Of a stretch of 64,000 bases of DNA, positions 1-11,578 are shown in pieces. Both the position numbers and the translations under genes were made by a program. This DNA is from Marsupella aquatica. Lineage: Eukaryota; Plantae; Marchantiophyta. The DNA is taken from positions 11,227,660 through 11,291,659 of the forward strand of contig OZ316893.1 of the NCBI GenBank assembly GCA_973895155.1, read 5' to 3'. A model generated the notes under the pieces. That model had not been told where the DNA came from. It made no database searches and worked only from the letters and a program-made list of their open reading frames with translations. Each line of letters begins with the position of its first letter. The stretch's first letter is position 1.

Positions 1-133
1 GTATGCAACCAAATACTTAAGTCCATAGCCTTCAACCAAATACTTAAGTTCATATAATTTAGGTTGTCTTATGGGTCCCATACAAAGAAGGTTCAAGTTA
101 TAAGATGGTGAAATCAATAGCAGTCATGCTGGT

Positions 134-1310
134 CTAGTCATGGGTACTAGGGATATCAGAACCCTCACGGATGACATGGCGAGTACAGTAAATCATGCGC
201 CACTGTCCAATGTCCCAGGTGTCTCGGCCCCTCACCCTTCTCCTCAAGTGTCTGTCTGTTGTTGGTCCTTCATCATGACACCATGCACGAGGGCATCTGC
301 GACATTGGACAAAATCCCAAATGCCCTCTTGATCCTCCTTACAGACCCTCACAGTAATGTCGTGGGCATATAAGAGCATCGGGATGTGCATCAGGGCGAA
401 AGGGAGTAAAGTAACATCATCAGTTATCAATCATTTCCATCAGTCGACCTGATATCAGTCGCCACATCATCTCAGAGAGGCCGCCAAGATGCGGCGCCAA
501 AAAAAATGCAATTTTTTTTTTCTTCATTTTTTTGCAAATTTTTTCATTGTGGGTGTCCGTATTGTACGGACATCGCTTCTTGGCGGGGTCAGCCAAGATG
601 GCCAGGTGTCCGTATGGTACGGACACTGAATTTTGGCCAAACAAATTTTGAATTTTTTTTTTGTTTTGAAATTTTCAAGAAAATAAAATTTAAAATTGTT
701 TTCCCGTTTTTTTCGTCCGCTCGCCGATCTCAGCGAGGTCAGCTAAGATTGAGTCAATCTCAGCTGCCTAGCTGAGATGCGTGGAAGTGCAAAGTCGTCA
801 TCTCAGTTGCTCAGCTGAAATTCAGAAAAATTTCAGCGGAAAAACTGATAATTGATATCAGTCGCTGATGTCAATTATCAATGGCTGATAACTGATGATC
901 CTCGCTACCCCGGTGAAAGGCATTTCCCCCAATCGCAGAAGTCTCCAGAGACAGCCCACATGGTAAAATGAGTAGCAGTCATCATGAGAACACTGTATCA
1001 CAAGGGGCTCATCTGTGGTGGGTCTCAAGGTTCTACCAAGGAGTCCACAGCCAAAACATCTTGAGTTCCTTGGTTTTGCTGACAGATGTCACAAAGCCAA
1101 GCTGCAGCCCAATCATGACCTCTGGAAATGACAATCCGTTGACATGTAGGTCCATGGCCATCTTCTTCATCAGGGTTGTGGCCATCAACTACATAATGAA
1201 AATGGCGACCACAAGGGCATCACAGAACAAAATAGTTCCTCCCTCGTCGCAGTGAAAACAACAAGGGGGATCCATACAAAGGTGCTCCCTATGCCCAAAT
1301 CTTGGATCCA
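134..1310 (-). pseudogene. EDM2-like tandem PHD-finger module, frameshifted and interrupted by a MITE
   Basis: Manual minus-strand translation across frameshifts gives CCFHCDEGGTILFCD../CGRHFH...WLCDICQQ../RCFGCGLLG...VIQCSHDDCYSFYHVGCLWRLLRLGE [insertion 404-911] ICPRHYC../VCKE...WDFVQCRRCPRAWC...WDIGQWRMIYCTRH. This is colinear with the Arabidopsis EDM2 PHD region as recalled (CAICDNGG..CLRSFH..CGYFYHPHC..CPLHKC..CRRCPKSYH..LIYCQEH). Confidence 0.8.
404..911. mobile_element. Non-autonomous Mutator-like MITE inserted in the PHD pseudogene
   Basis: Subterminal inverted repeat ATCATCAGTTATCA / TGATAACTGATGAT, each 12 bp inside a near-perfect 9-bp direct repeat (GGCGAAAGG 395-403; GGTGAAAGG 912-920). 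Removing it rejoins the PHD coding sequence. The outermost 12 bp are poorly matched. Confidence 0.7.
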
Positions 1311-1379
1311 ACAGCTGACGAGCAATGTGTGCCATGTTGAACAAGATTTGCAAAATTACCTTCAAAAATTAGGGGTAGG

Positions 1380-2080
1380 CATGTGATGTACCAGAAGGAG
1401 CAACAGTCCACCAGCAATCATAGCAAGTAGCCTCCACCAGGGGCATCACTTCCCTGTGGGATCCATCCTGCAATGTGAGCAATGTAGAATCAGAAGTCAG
1501 CAACTTGAATGTGCATCACCATCATGGGCAAAACCTGGAAGTGTCCCACCACAGACACAATCATTGATGAAACGACAAGTATTCCATGCCAGGCAACTGC
1601 CCCATGCCATTCTTGCCATGTACTGTGCTTTAGTCTGCACTATGTTTGAGTCACCTCCCCTACAACGATGACATGTTTGGGTGTGACAACATTTGGAGAC
1701 AAGCCTCCAATAAGACACAGCTCTCATCCAACACTCCATCTACTTCTTTAACAAGACGGATACTGTTTGGCACTGGTGGGGATGTACTCAGCCTGTTGTA
1801 ATGGTTGCCAGGCACAGATGGATAGCCCCAGCTTACAGCACAGTTTGCAGGCACGATCCCAGAGTGGATCATCTTCACACGAAATCGCACACCCTTTTGC
1901 TGATGGTACTCAGATAGAGCATTGCGTGTGACAACCATCTTCAATGCACTTGGGAATGCACCTAGACTAAGATTGTGCTCACTCCAACAAAATGACAAGT
2001 TCACAACAAACAAGGTACAGGGGCCGACCTTTGCTCAGACCCTAAACTTCCCCAATTTCTGCCTTGCGCTAGAATGTCCC
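1380..2080 (-). pseudogene. Decayed exon of unknown domain between the BRCT and PHD segments
   Basis: Starts at a polypyrimidine-TGCAG acceptor (~2081). One protein-like frame (includes ORF 1660..2013) continues through scattered in-frame TGA/TAG/TAA stops consistent with C-to-T decay. Confidence 0.45.
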
Positions 2081-2239
2081 TGCAAAAAAAAGAGAAGCAA
2101 CTCAGTTTTAAAAAGCTACATACCAAAAGCCCTATACACAGTACTTGAAGAGCACAAACAACAGACCTGCAAAGAATTATAGCAGACAAGCAACACTTTA
2201 TAAAATTGCTTCAAGAGCAGAGGTTACATTTAGAGTAAG

Positions 2240-2701
2240 CTACACACATCTATGTTTTGGCATGATCAAGTTTACACTTCTCCAAACTGCAGCTGTCTTA
2301 TCTTGTTTAATCTTTTCTACTTCTCTCTTGGTACAGTCTGCCTCAGACTCTACCTCAGTCAACATTAAGTTGAAAGGGCCTTCGTCTACTAGGACTCCTG
2401 CTTTGAGGGATTTGCACATCCATTCAAATGAGACAACTTTCAATGCATGCTCTTGAATGAGGGAATTTACATCAGACCATGTCCACTTGGACATGAGTGC
2501 TCCCCAAGAACCAGCAACAATGTGAGCGGTGTTGCTGGAAGCAACAGGGCAAAGCTGACCGTGACGTTCAATTAGCTTTCTGCGCAAAACTTCAAAACGA
2601 GCTCTTGAAAATCCATGCGGAACTAAGAAGGCATTCACACCCTTCAAAATTGGCTTTGAAACTGAACAGGGCTTTGGTGTAGACTCATTTCTACGACCCA
2701 T
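2240..2701 (-). pseudogene. BRCT domain resembling the N-terminus of plant DNA polymerase lambda
   Basis: ILKGVNAFLVPHGFSRARFEVLRRKLIERHG...TAHIVA...KVVSFEWMCKSLKAGVLVDEGPFNL has the BRCT W-x3-S motif and resembles the plant Pol lambda BRCT as recalled. No polymerase X catalytic exons are seen downstream. First ATG at 2701. Confidence 0.7.
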
Positions 2702-4399
2702 GGGACAATAAACCCTAAAGCTATAAGGCCGTGTTGTCGTCTGCAACAGTGTGGAGCTTACTTGGATCCTCCCAACAACTTCTGTAGTCGGATCAGAGCC
2801 CAAACTCCTTCCTCAGCACCCAAGATCGACTGAATCTGCACATTCCATAGGTCTACAGTGCAAAATTGAAACAGACCAGCAGCTGACAAGTGCAATTTAA
2901 ATGCATATCCACGAAACAAGTCCAAACAAGCTTTAAGCTAGCTAGCCAATCTAGCTTCACAAATAGAACAGACATTGCAAAGTCCACACAAAATTCTACA
3001 TTTCTAGCATGCCAATGAAGCACATGGCAATGCTCACCAAGAATGCCCAAGCCCGATCCTTGTTCACTAACTTTTTTCACCTACACAATACCGGATGATA
3101 GAAACATTGCCAGGAAAATCCCTGAACAGTCAAAATACTGAATGGCTTCTCCATCTCCATCAAGACGTCGACTGTGGCAAAATGGCAATTACACAACTAT
3201 TGACAGCATTTCCAGAAACAATGGACAAAGGATTCAACAAATTGAGTAGCAAACGAAAGGACATTGAAAACAAAAGAGCAAAACAAAATTGGCATGGAAA
3301 CTTCAATTGAAACTGAGATGGAAACAGCAAATACTACCAGGTGCAGACTCCAACCAGATTCAAACCAGGCTACCTCACGTCCATTCTTTGTTGTTATCTT
3401 CCTTCTCCCAGACAGCCAAACAGCAGCAGTCGTGCCCTCCTATCTAATGCAGGCTTGAGTCAGACAGAAAGCAAAATGGCCCTATCCTTAACAAAAGCAA
3501 CAAACCACCCCGACAACCAATCTGTGGTTCAGAGGCAACGATCATGTTCAGGTCCAACACTCCTCCCAGAAAAATTATCGTTCTCTATCTTATTGGATCT
3601 ACAACATTGAGCTTACCCATGGCGGCAACATACATTCATAGCTTTGCAAATGAGGGGAAACAAATTTTCCTTTGCCAGAGGAGGAATGCAAGAGGGAGGA
3701 ATGCAACAGGGAAGATCGCGCAAGTAGTAATCATGTCAGTAGGGGAACAGAGGACCAACTGAAGGCGACAATGAGGCCAACTCGCTGCAACCTCCCAAGC
3801 TTGATGTAATGTCCCAAGCTGTCACAATGGTTTGGGACGATGATGCAACAACTTGCAATGGTCTGGGACCCAACCCAAAGTGATGGCGCATAGGAAGCAG
3901 TCAAATGGTCTGGGCGCATAAGAAGCAGTTGGCAATCACAATAAGCAGAACACTGGACCACAATCGCGCGCACCTCCAAGATGGCAATGACAGTGAGCAC
4001 ATAGTACATGCCTGGCAATGGTGAGTGTAGGCGATAGAGGCAATGCAAGCGATAGAGGCAACAAAGGCAAGCAAATACCAATGTAAACCAAAGCGGAATG
4101 ACAGTAACAGTCGACCTCGACAATCTACCTCCTCTCCAAACTTGCCCTGGAACTTGCGGCAGCAGTAGTCTCCTGGCCTCCAGAGTCTACCTAGCCTCGA
4201 TCCTCTCCCAATGTCATGGCAACACACAACATTCAAATGATCCTCTCCTAAGTTGCGGCACACAGCGCAGCCCTCCTGATTGTCACAAACTTGAACGATC
4301 CTCCAAAGTCACGGCAGCAGACCTCCCATTTGTCACAAAGAAAATGAACATTGAGTTTGAAACTCAATGTTTGCGCGTCCTCCCTGTTTCATCGATCCA

Positions 4400-4944
4400 C
4401 CCTTGGGCCCACAATCCCCGTCCCTAAAGCCGCCACCCAGGCCATTTTTGACCATTGGATCTTCAACCCTAAATATCAACGGCCCTTGCAAACCCCGAGT
4501 GGCATCATGGGTCCCCCTGGGGTTCCCGTAACCCACTTTAGACCCCGTCCCAATAAACCCAACAGAAGTCCTTCACAATATAGTTTTTGGACAGAAGTTT
4601 GCGGTTACAATAGGGCAAATATTAAAACATTGATGTTGCAGAAAAAATGGATATTTGCCATGTAAAAACATGTGTCCCAATTACATGGAGACACGTGGTC
4701 CAATATAAACATGACGCGTGTCGCAAATACATATGGCAGTAAAACCCCTAACTTATATGGACATCTTCCATGGAATATGTCCCAATTAAAAAATGCCTAT
4801 TGTGCTTTCAAGTGGCCCAACTATTAAAACGGGCCTATTGTTCTTCCACCAAACTTCCGAAGTCTTCCACCGAACGCAATTAAATGGCCCTATACTTCGT
4901 CGCACGTGATGTGCCACTTCCGTGGAAGTGACCCCCCGGAGCCC
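4400..4944. mobile_element. Probable terminus/subterminal region of a DNA transposon carrying the BRCT-PHD gene
   Basis: Short reiterated motifs (CTTCCAC, GGCCTATTGT-like, CCAATTA) end abruptly at ...GTGACCCCCCGGAGCCC (4944), next to LTR-like sequence. The other end would lie outside the window, so no TIR pair or TSD can be verified. Confidence 0.4.
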
Positions 4945-6879
4945 TCAATCAGGGAAAACAAATGGCTTAACGGACAAAATGTTGCTCCAAGAACACAACT
5001 CCCAAAAATCTACTATGGATAATGACGCCAAAAACTTATTGGCGGTGGCCCTTTTATAGTGTCTGTTGACGGGTTTGCCCACGTGGCCACTTTTGATTGG
5101 CTGTCTTGCTAAACGACAAAATAGCAGAGAAGGGTATATTTCTTGGATTTTCAATTTGATTCTTACATGTGCTATGACGGGGCCAATGGTCCCAAGGAAT
5201 GATTTTAAAGGGTAGTAGTGACGCACATATGTAAATAAATAGATTTGTGTCAAGTTTTTTTTCTTTTGTTCTCTTACAACCTTGCCGAAGATAGTTTATG
5301 CCTAGAATAGATAAGGTGGGTGTTGATGTTTTTTTATGTCCACTTAGTTTTAGTTGTTGGCCAAGCCTTAGGAGTAAGGGGGGTTGGCCGCTGGCCGGTG
5401 CAAGACAAGGCATGTACCTTGGTGCCCTCCCATGTAGGAGCCGGAGATTTCCTATCTTTTTATTTTCTAAGCGGCCCTAGTATTAGCGTAATGGGGGCCG
5501 GGTGGAAGGGCGATAGTGGCCAAGCGCCACTTTTGGGTGCTGGCTAGCAACAAGGCGCCCCAGCATAGGGAGCCCTGACCTGCAAGGAGCCGGCCTGGGA
5601 GGAGTGGAGCCGGCCAAGGAGCAGGGCGGCCTGCAGGGCAGCAAGCCGGCCAGCAACAAGACGGCCTGAGGGGAGGAGCCCTGGCCACCAGAGGGCAAGC
5701 CCAATGAGACCCCGGCCAGGAGAATAGTGAGGGCTCCAATGGCCAATCCATAGATGAGGATCTTACTACAAGCGAGTAGTTAGATGAAGGTTAGTACGTG
5801 AGCCGTACGGACCTTGGCCACACAAAAGTCAAATTTTTAATCTTCTCAGAATCAAAGACTTATAGGCTTATTGGAAGGATCTCGTCGAGCTGAATCTAAC
5901 GATGTAAGACATGCCTCAAACGGAGTTAAAATGAGAGAGATACAGACCGGAGCGTTTTGGTGAAGAATTAGGGTCTGACACCGTACGGACGTCCGTACGG
6001 ACTTCAAGAGAGTGACCTGCCCAAGTCGGGGCATGTGGCCATGGCCAGGGTACCTCAATTTGATGTTGTGATGGGGGGCCAGGACCGTACGGACTATTTG
6101 GACGCGGCGGTGGCCAAGGTAGAGTTTGAGACTCGGTAGGCCATATCTCAGGCGTCTGATGTCCGTTTGGGGAGCCGTTTTCGGGGTTACGATCAGGATG
6201 GCCGTGGCTACTCATAAAATTTCTCAGGACCAGATTTTGATCAACTTCTACTTTCGGCTATTTCCATGGCCAGAGTAGTGGGAGGCGTTGGCCGCCACGT
6301 AGTAGGGAGGTAGGTCATGGCCTACTCATATAGGACTTAGTCTAGTTTTGTTTAGGTGATGTGATGACTGACTAAGGCACCGTTGGCCTCACTTAGGTAG
6401 CAATAGGGTTAGGAGTGCATGTGTGTGCCGCATGTGTGTGCCGCATGTGTAGAAAGCTTTTAGGTTAGAGGCGCCGCCAGTGGATGGCGGCCAGCCAGGG
6501 CAGTGGCCGCCGCCACACCCTAGGGCTTGTGTGTTCACGCATTGTTGTTTTCGGTATTTAGCCAGCAGCCTCCGGTAGAAGCAAGGGGGGAACTCAATCT
6601 AGTGTTGGTTTTAGGGAAGTTAGCTCATAGCCAGAAGCGGGAATCAAGCCAAAGTAGTGAGGTAGAGGTGTAGCACTTGCCCTATGAGGCAGGAGTTGGG
6701 AAGACGGCAAGAGGCTAGGTTGTCCTTGCAATGTGTTACAACGTTTTGCCAAAAGATATGGATTTGGTTTGATTCCTCAAGTTATCTTTTCTGGTTCACG
6801 ATTGTGTTCTTTCCCCAAGAAGTGTCTAAGGAATCCTTGCACGGTTTGGTCAACCCTGTGAGAAGGAGGGGTGGTGACA
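4945..6879 (-). mobile_element. Long truncated LTR of a Ty3/gypsy retrotransposon
   Basis: Minus strand begins TGTCACCACCCC (TGT..ACCC-type LTR start). GC-rich reiterated internal motifs (GGCCAG, CCGTACGGAC), TATA-like CTATAAAAG on minus near 5055, no long ORF. Cut off at the putative DNA-TE end. Confidence 0.55.
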
Positions 6880-7139
6880 GCACTCCACCAACAACCAGTA
6901 GGAGTGTGTGTGGTGTAGTCCATGGGACTTGATCAAAAGCAGAGAGGCTAGTCGGTAGACTTGATCAAAAATTACACTTCCAGGAACAGAATCAAACATA
7001 CTCATCCTACATGCAATAGAATCCGAATAGCGTCCCTTCACGTTCCCGTCATATGATAACAAACGATTTTAGTAGGAGGAAATACATATTTGTCGTGTAA
7101 ATCGTTTGATAAGTAGGTGACAGGGTTGCCCTATTCAAT

Positions 7140-7670
7140 CTGAGGGTTATGCACATGGCCATGGAGAATTTGGCCATTGCATAGCATAGGGACACACTAC
7201 GTTATGCATAGCATAGGGGCACTTTTCAGCCGAAGGTTAGGAATTTTGAAGTGGGAGATTTTTTGTACTTGCAGCAGCAAGCTAACGACATCCTGGACAC
7301 CTCTACCAATCGTACTATTCTATGGGTTAAGGCTATTTGACCATCTGGAGTGCTAGAGTTACAAGGGGCAGATGGGCGCATAATTGTTGACAATGCCAAA
7401 AATTGCGCTCCTTGCCATCTGCCTAACCTGGATCCCACCATTATGACTTCTACTTGGATTTCAGCTGTGGACTACCCTCGCAAAGTATTTTTGCAAATTG
7501 ATGATGCTGATCAGATGCTGCTGTGTGACATTTGCAATGGAGGGTACCATATTTTCTGCCTTTGGCTTGAACTTACTCAGGTGCTAGAAGAATTATGGTT
7601 TTGCCCTTGGTGTGCTCCATGTGTTACCTAAATTTTCTTAAGCCCTCCTTTTGGCTGTGGTCTGGGGGGA
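7140..7670 (+). mobile_element. Ty3/gypsy integrase C-terminus with PHD finger (pseudogenised), followed by a PPT-like tract
   Basis: MAMENLAIA*HRDTLRYA...FQPKVRNFEVGDFLYLQ...SGVLELQGADG...NCAPCHLPNLDP...DADQMLLCDICNGGYHIFCL...WFCPWC matches PHD-bearing Ty3 elements as recalled from algae and bryophytes. Contains in-frame stops; GGGGGGA at 7664-7670. Confidence 0.75.
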
Positions 7671-7864
7671 TACAAAGATATACACTTCCACTACTACATA
7701 CCACTTCATTTGTTTTTTTCTTGGCACTTGTAAATGTGATGAGATTTTTTCTAAGCATGTTGGTTGCTACCGGCTTGCAGATATGCATTGTCAATGACTT
7801 GTATGTTTTTGATGCACTATGGTTACAATACTATGTGTCACGACAGTTTTACCTGATGATATCT

Positions 7865-8045
7865 TTGACATAACATCATCTTTTTTTACTTGACAACGTG
7901 TTTCACATAATGACATTTTTTACTTCATGACATCTTTTTACTTCACAACATCTTTGGTGATACAACTTCTTTTTACTTCATGACATCTTTTACATAGCGA
8001 CATCTTTGGCAACACTACTTCTCTTTTCTTGACGACATCTTGTGT
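7865..8045. repeat. Degenerate short tandem repeats (CATCTTTTTACTTCAYRA-like)
   Basis: Repeated ~18-20 bp units are directly visible downstream of the PHD-Ty3 relic. Confidence 0.6.
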
Positions 8046-9109
8046 GCAACACATGGGCATTGAGCTAGTAGGTTTATATTAAGTTACTGGAAGTTCCCAA
8101 TTCATCTTCTTAATCCCCATTACTGGTTGTTTTGCCTTCAATGCAAATGTAGGTGAATACTTGCACAACATTCATGCATTAGTGAAAAAATGAACCTTAG
8201 TTCTATGGTGCTGTCTCTCAAATCCGTACAGTAGTTGACATTGGTGCGCATTGAACACTAGGCTGGTCACTCCACATCTCTACAACTAAGCCCAAAAGTA
8301 GTTGACATAGGGGTGCAAAACAATGTAGAATGATGAACATTATGCTGGTCACCCCACATCTATATATCTAATTGCCAGGAGAAGCTAGAGTTGCGATTTA
8401 GGCTTCTAGAGTGAAGCCTCTAGACTGCGACCCTAGGGCCCCACCAAATTTTATGTACTGTTTATTATGTACCCACCAAATCATTATATGCATGATAAAC
8501 CTTTGTCATCATTTCTATTAATATTCAAAGGAACGGGCATTGAGGCAGTGACTCTAAGGTCAGATCAAATTTTTATGTAGAGGATGTTATGAATAGGATA
8601 ATGTCCTCCTTAGTGGGCATCATGGGATATAATCCCCCCCCCCAAAACAAGGCAGTAGCCCAATTTTTGAGGAGCATTATTCTCATAATGCTCTTAACTA
8701 CACTAGTAAATTGACATACCAAAACAGTTGAGTGATTTTTTTATAAGAGACAAGAAAAAATGAATCTCTAAAATAGAAAAATGAAGTTCAAGGGCTATGC
8801 AAAAAACATGAAAAACGCTAAAAACAAATCTTGTGATTTTGATACAATTTTATGATTTTGTTTTATATGGTAAGACTATATTGGGTATCTAACTTTGCTA
8901 CATTTATGGTGTTTGGCATAATCCACTCCTCAAAAGAAGGGAGGCATGGAAAATCAAAACACTCAGAAATTAAAAAAATTAAAAAAATTAAAAAAAGTCT
9001 TTACCTACAGTCGGCCAACATCATGTTGAATTTTTGCCATCATGTCTATTAATATTCAAAAAATAGGCAGTGGGGCTAGGAGACATGGAAAAAGAACTGT
9101 ATATGAACA

Positions 9110-9310
9110 CTTGACTGGTCACTCCACCCTCAAGTAGTTCACATATGCCACAGTTGGTCACTATAAATACTGGCCACTATGCATTCAGATCAGTTGGTCA
9201 CTCATACTTTACTGGTCACCCCACGTCGCACATATGCCACAGTTGGTCACTATGGATATAAATACAGTTGAGTAGGTCACTATGGATACAGCTGAGTTGG
9301 GTCACTCACA
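9110..9310. repeat. Degenerate repeats with a TGGTCACT core
   Basis: Several (CAGT)TGGTCACT copies; CACATATGCCACAGTTGGTCACTAT is duplicated. Related units occur at 8260-8360. Confidence 0.55.
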
Positions 9311-10693
9311 ATGCAAACAGTAGACATGTGCATAAAAGCCTTCTCAACTGGGTTTGACCAAGTGGTTTTGACCAAGGCGCTCTTCAGTTTTCTCAGGCGG
9401 TTTTTGAGTTTTGACCACCAAGGGTCTCGTTAGTTTTCTCAAGTGTACTTTGACCAGACTTGCCGAGAGCTATTCACCAAAGGGCTCTTCGAGTGCATTT
9501 TCCCAAGATTTTTCCTACACGGTTGGCGATACTTTTATCGAAGAAATCATGACGTTGTAAATTGTCAAAAAGCATGGAAACGTGATCCTCGAGAGAAAGT
9601 GCTTCTCGTTGGCAATGACTGGGCTTTCAAGTCACAGGAGATGGCACGATCCAGTTAGGCCTACGGAGTTTTGCGTATCAGTCTGGGCTTCTAAAAGCCA
9701 TGGCAGATATGCAGGCTGTCAACATTGACAGAACTGGAGACACTTTACACGACCCACGAAGGGTTAATGGTGAGACTCTCATCAAAGCGAAATTGGATGC
9801 AGCGAGGTTAGTCGATCTCTGCTGTCTGTCCGCCATAGCAAACGTCCAAATCACACTCCTTACCTTTACTTTCGCTATGAAAGATTTCACTCAATTCCAT
9901 TGAGAGAAACAGCGTACAGCTCGAGTGCAGAACTCACAGATTCCTGTCCTTTCGTATTTCAGAACGGTAGCGGGAGTGTTAAACCCAGCTCTCCGACACT
10001 TCCACCCTTCGACGAAAGAAAGCAGAACCTCCAAAATCAGAACAAAAAGCCCGAGAAGGGGAGAAAGGATTTGGGCACCTCAACGGCGATCGTTGCAAAA
10101 ACACCTCCAGCAGGCTGGAAAAGCTTTGAATCCTCAATGAACTGGGATTACACACAAGTAGGTCTTTACATCAAATGTATAACGACCTGCAATTTTTGTT
10201 TCGAATATCTACAAGCTGACCTCTTTTCAATTTGATAATCAGTAGGGCCGATTTGCTCTCTCGCAAATGCTAACCCGAATGCTAACCGACAGCCGTAGCT
10301 ACTTACCCCTGCAAATGTACACAATCCTAGCTTCAAACACTAACTTGTCCAGAAAAAAAATCGATTTGTTTGTGCCACTGCGGACCTTTCAATCAGTCCA
10401 ACCTATGCAGAAACCTGTGAGGACTTCCAATCCAATCTATACAAACCTCTGGACGGAAATTCCTTTGATTCGCTCCTCTATGCTCTATTCGAACTCTCCA
10501 CAGAGTGCGTCAAATCTTCTACCCATCTCAATAAATTCAGTGGCGCAACGGTTTCCTGCAGCTGGTTGGTTCACAGGGCTGAAGAGGGCTGGGATCATAG
10601 CGGTCTTGTCGACCCCAACAGCAGCATCAAGGGGAGCCTCCACTTTGCCTCAGTTGATAACGTCAGGTTCCGGCGCACTACACTCCTAACAAA

Positions 10694-11578
10694 CTAATGT
10701 TTCTGATTCACTTTGTCCGGCCCTGCTTGCACCGATGACAGGTCTGTGGCCCGCTCTTGCAAGAAGGTGTCCCGCCCTGAAGCGAAAAGGTTGGATTCCG
10801 CCTTTTTCTTCGAGGACATGCTCCTCCCAAATGTGTTGCGTGTGTGCCTGCTCAACCCTATGATCCCGGTGGAGGATTGGCGATTCAGCCCTGCGATCCC
10901 AGTGGAGGTTTGGCGATGGAGCCCTGGAATCCCCGTCGATAGATTGCGACTCAGCCCCGGGATCCCAGCCGAGGCATTGCGGGTCAGCCCTGCAATTCCA
11001 TTCGAGGTATTCCTCGTCATCATAAATGGTGCGGTCTGCGATTCCTTGTTCTCAGACATTTGCCTGCTGAGGGAAATGGAAACCTGTCTGCTGAGCGAGG
11101 CATTCAGCATCTCCTCATGCTCCCGATCCCGGCGCTGAGACACGTTCCGGCTCATGACGGTCTCACCATAGTAGGCGTGATGCCCTGCCACGAGATCCAC
11201 GAAGTCTCCCTTCTCCGCAGCCATCATGCAACTGTTGATGTAGTAATCACGGAACCTGCCCAAGAACTTCTTCGGATAGAGCGCGCTGAAGCATCCCGCC
11301 ATTCCTTTCTTCTGCTTCTTCTGGTCTCTACTTTGCGCTGCTTGGAGCTTCTGGCTCGCCGCTGCCAATGTAGCTGCGATTTCGTCGTCTGTCAGCCCCC
11401 GCTCATCATTGGGCACCTTTCCTCCTGCTCCTGCTCCGACTGGCTTCAGAGCGGCATCGAGCCCCATAGAAACCTTCGCCTCTACTGCTGCGTCGCTGCT
11501 CACTTTCCCGTTGGCGACCGGTGCAGATACCACGGTTGCCATTGTTTGCTGTTTGTTGCTCTCTCCTTGTGCCCCCAT
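10694..11578 (-). CDS. Uncharacterised plant protein (294 aa) with 11-aa tandem repeats
   Basis: Intact single-exon ATG ORF with coding-like GC. The motif PKKFLGRFRDYYINSCM resembles a family of small uncharacterised land-plant proteins (..L.RARD.YV.SM..). UTR-like flanks on both sides. Confidence 0.8.
   Translation of the reverse strand: MGAQGESNKQQTMATVVSAPVANGKVSSDAAVEAKVSMGLDAALKPVGAGAGGKVPNDERGLTDDEIAATLAAASQKLQAAQSRDQKKQKKGMAGCFSALYPKKFLGRFRDYYINSCMMAAEKGDFVDLVAGHHAYYGETVMSRNVSQRRDREHEEMLNASLSRQVSISLSRQMSENKESQTAPFMMTRNTSNGIAGLTRNASAGIPGLSRNLSTGIPGLHRQTSTGIAGLNRQSSTGIIGLSRHTRNTFGRSMSSKKKAESNLFASGRDTFLQERATDLSSVQAGPDKVNQKH
10845..11000 (-). repeat. 33-bp coding minisatellite (~4.7 units)
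   Basis: GIAGLTRNASA / GIPGLSRNLST / GIPGLHRQTST / GIAGLNRQSST / GIIGLSRH. Confidence 0.9.

Noticed and set aside
134-1310. Functional EDM2 ortholog
   Set aside because: Multiple frameshifts, a MITE insertion, and a stop right after the PHD module, before any methyltransferase-like domain.
2240-2803. Functional DNA polymerase lambda gene
   Set aside because: Only the BRCT is present; downstream sequence has no PolX lyase or nucleotidyltransferase motifs and contains stops.
3731-4263. Cys-rich ORFs of 120-130 aa
   Set aside because: Low-complexity products of decayed repetitive TE sequence.
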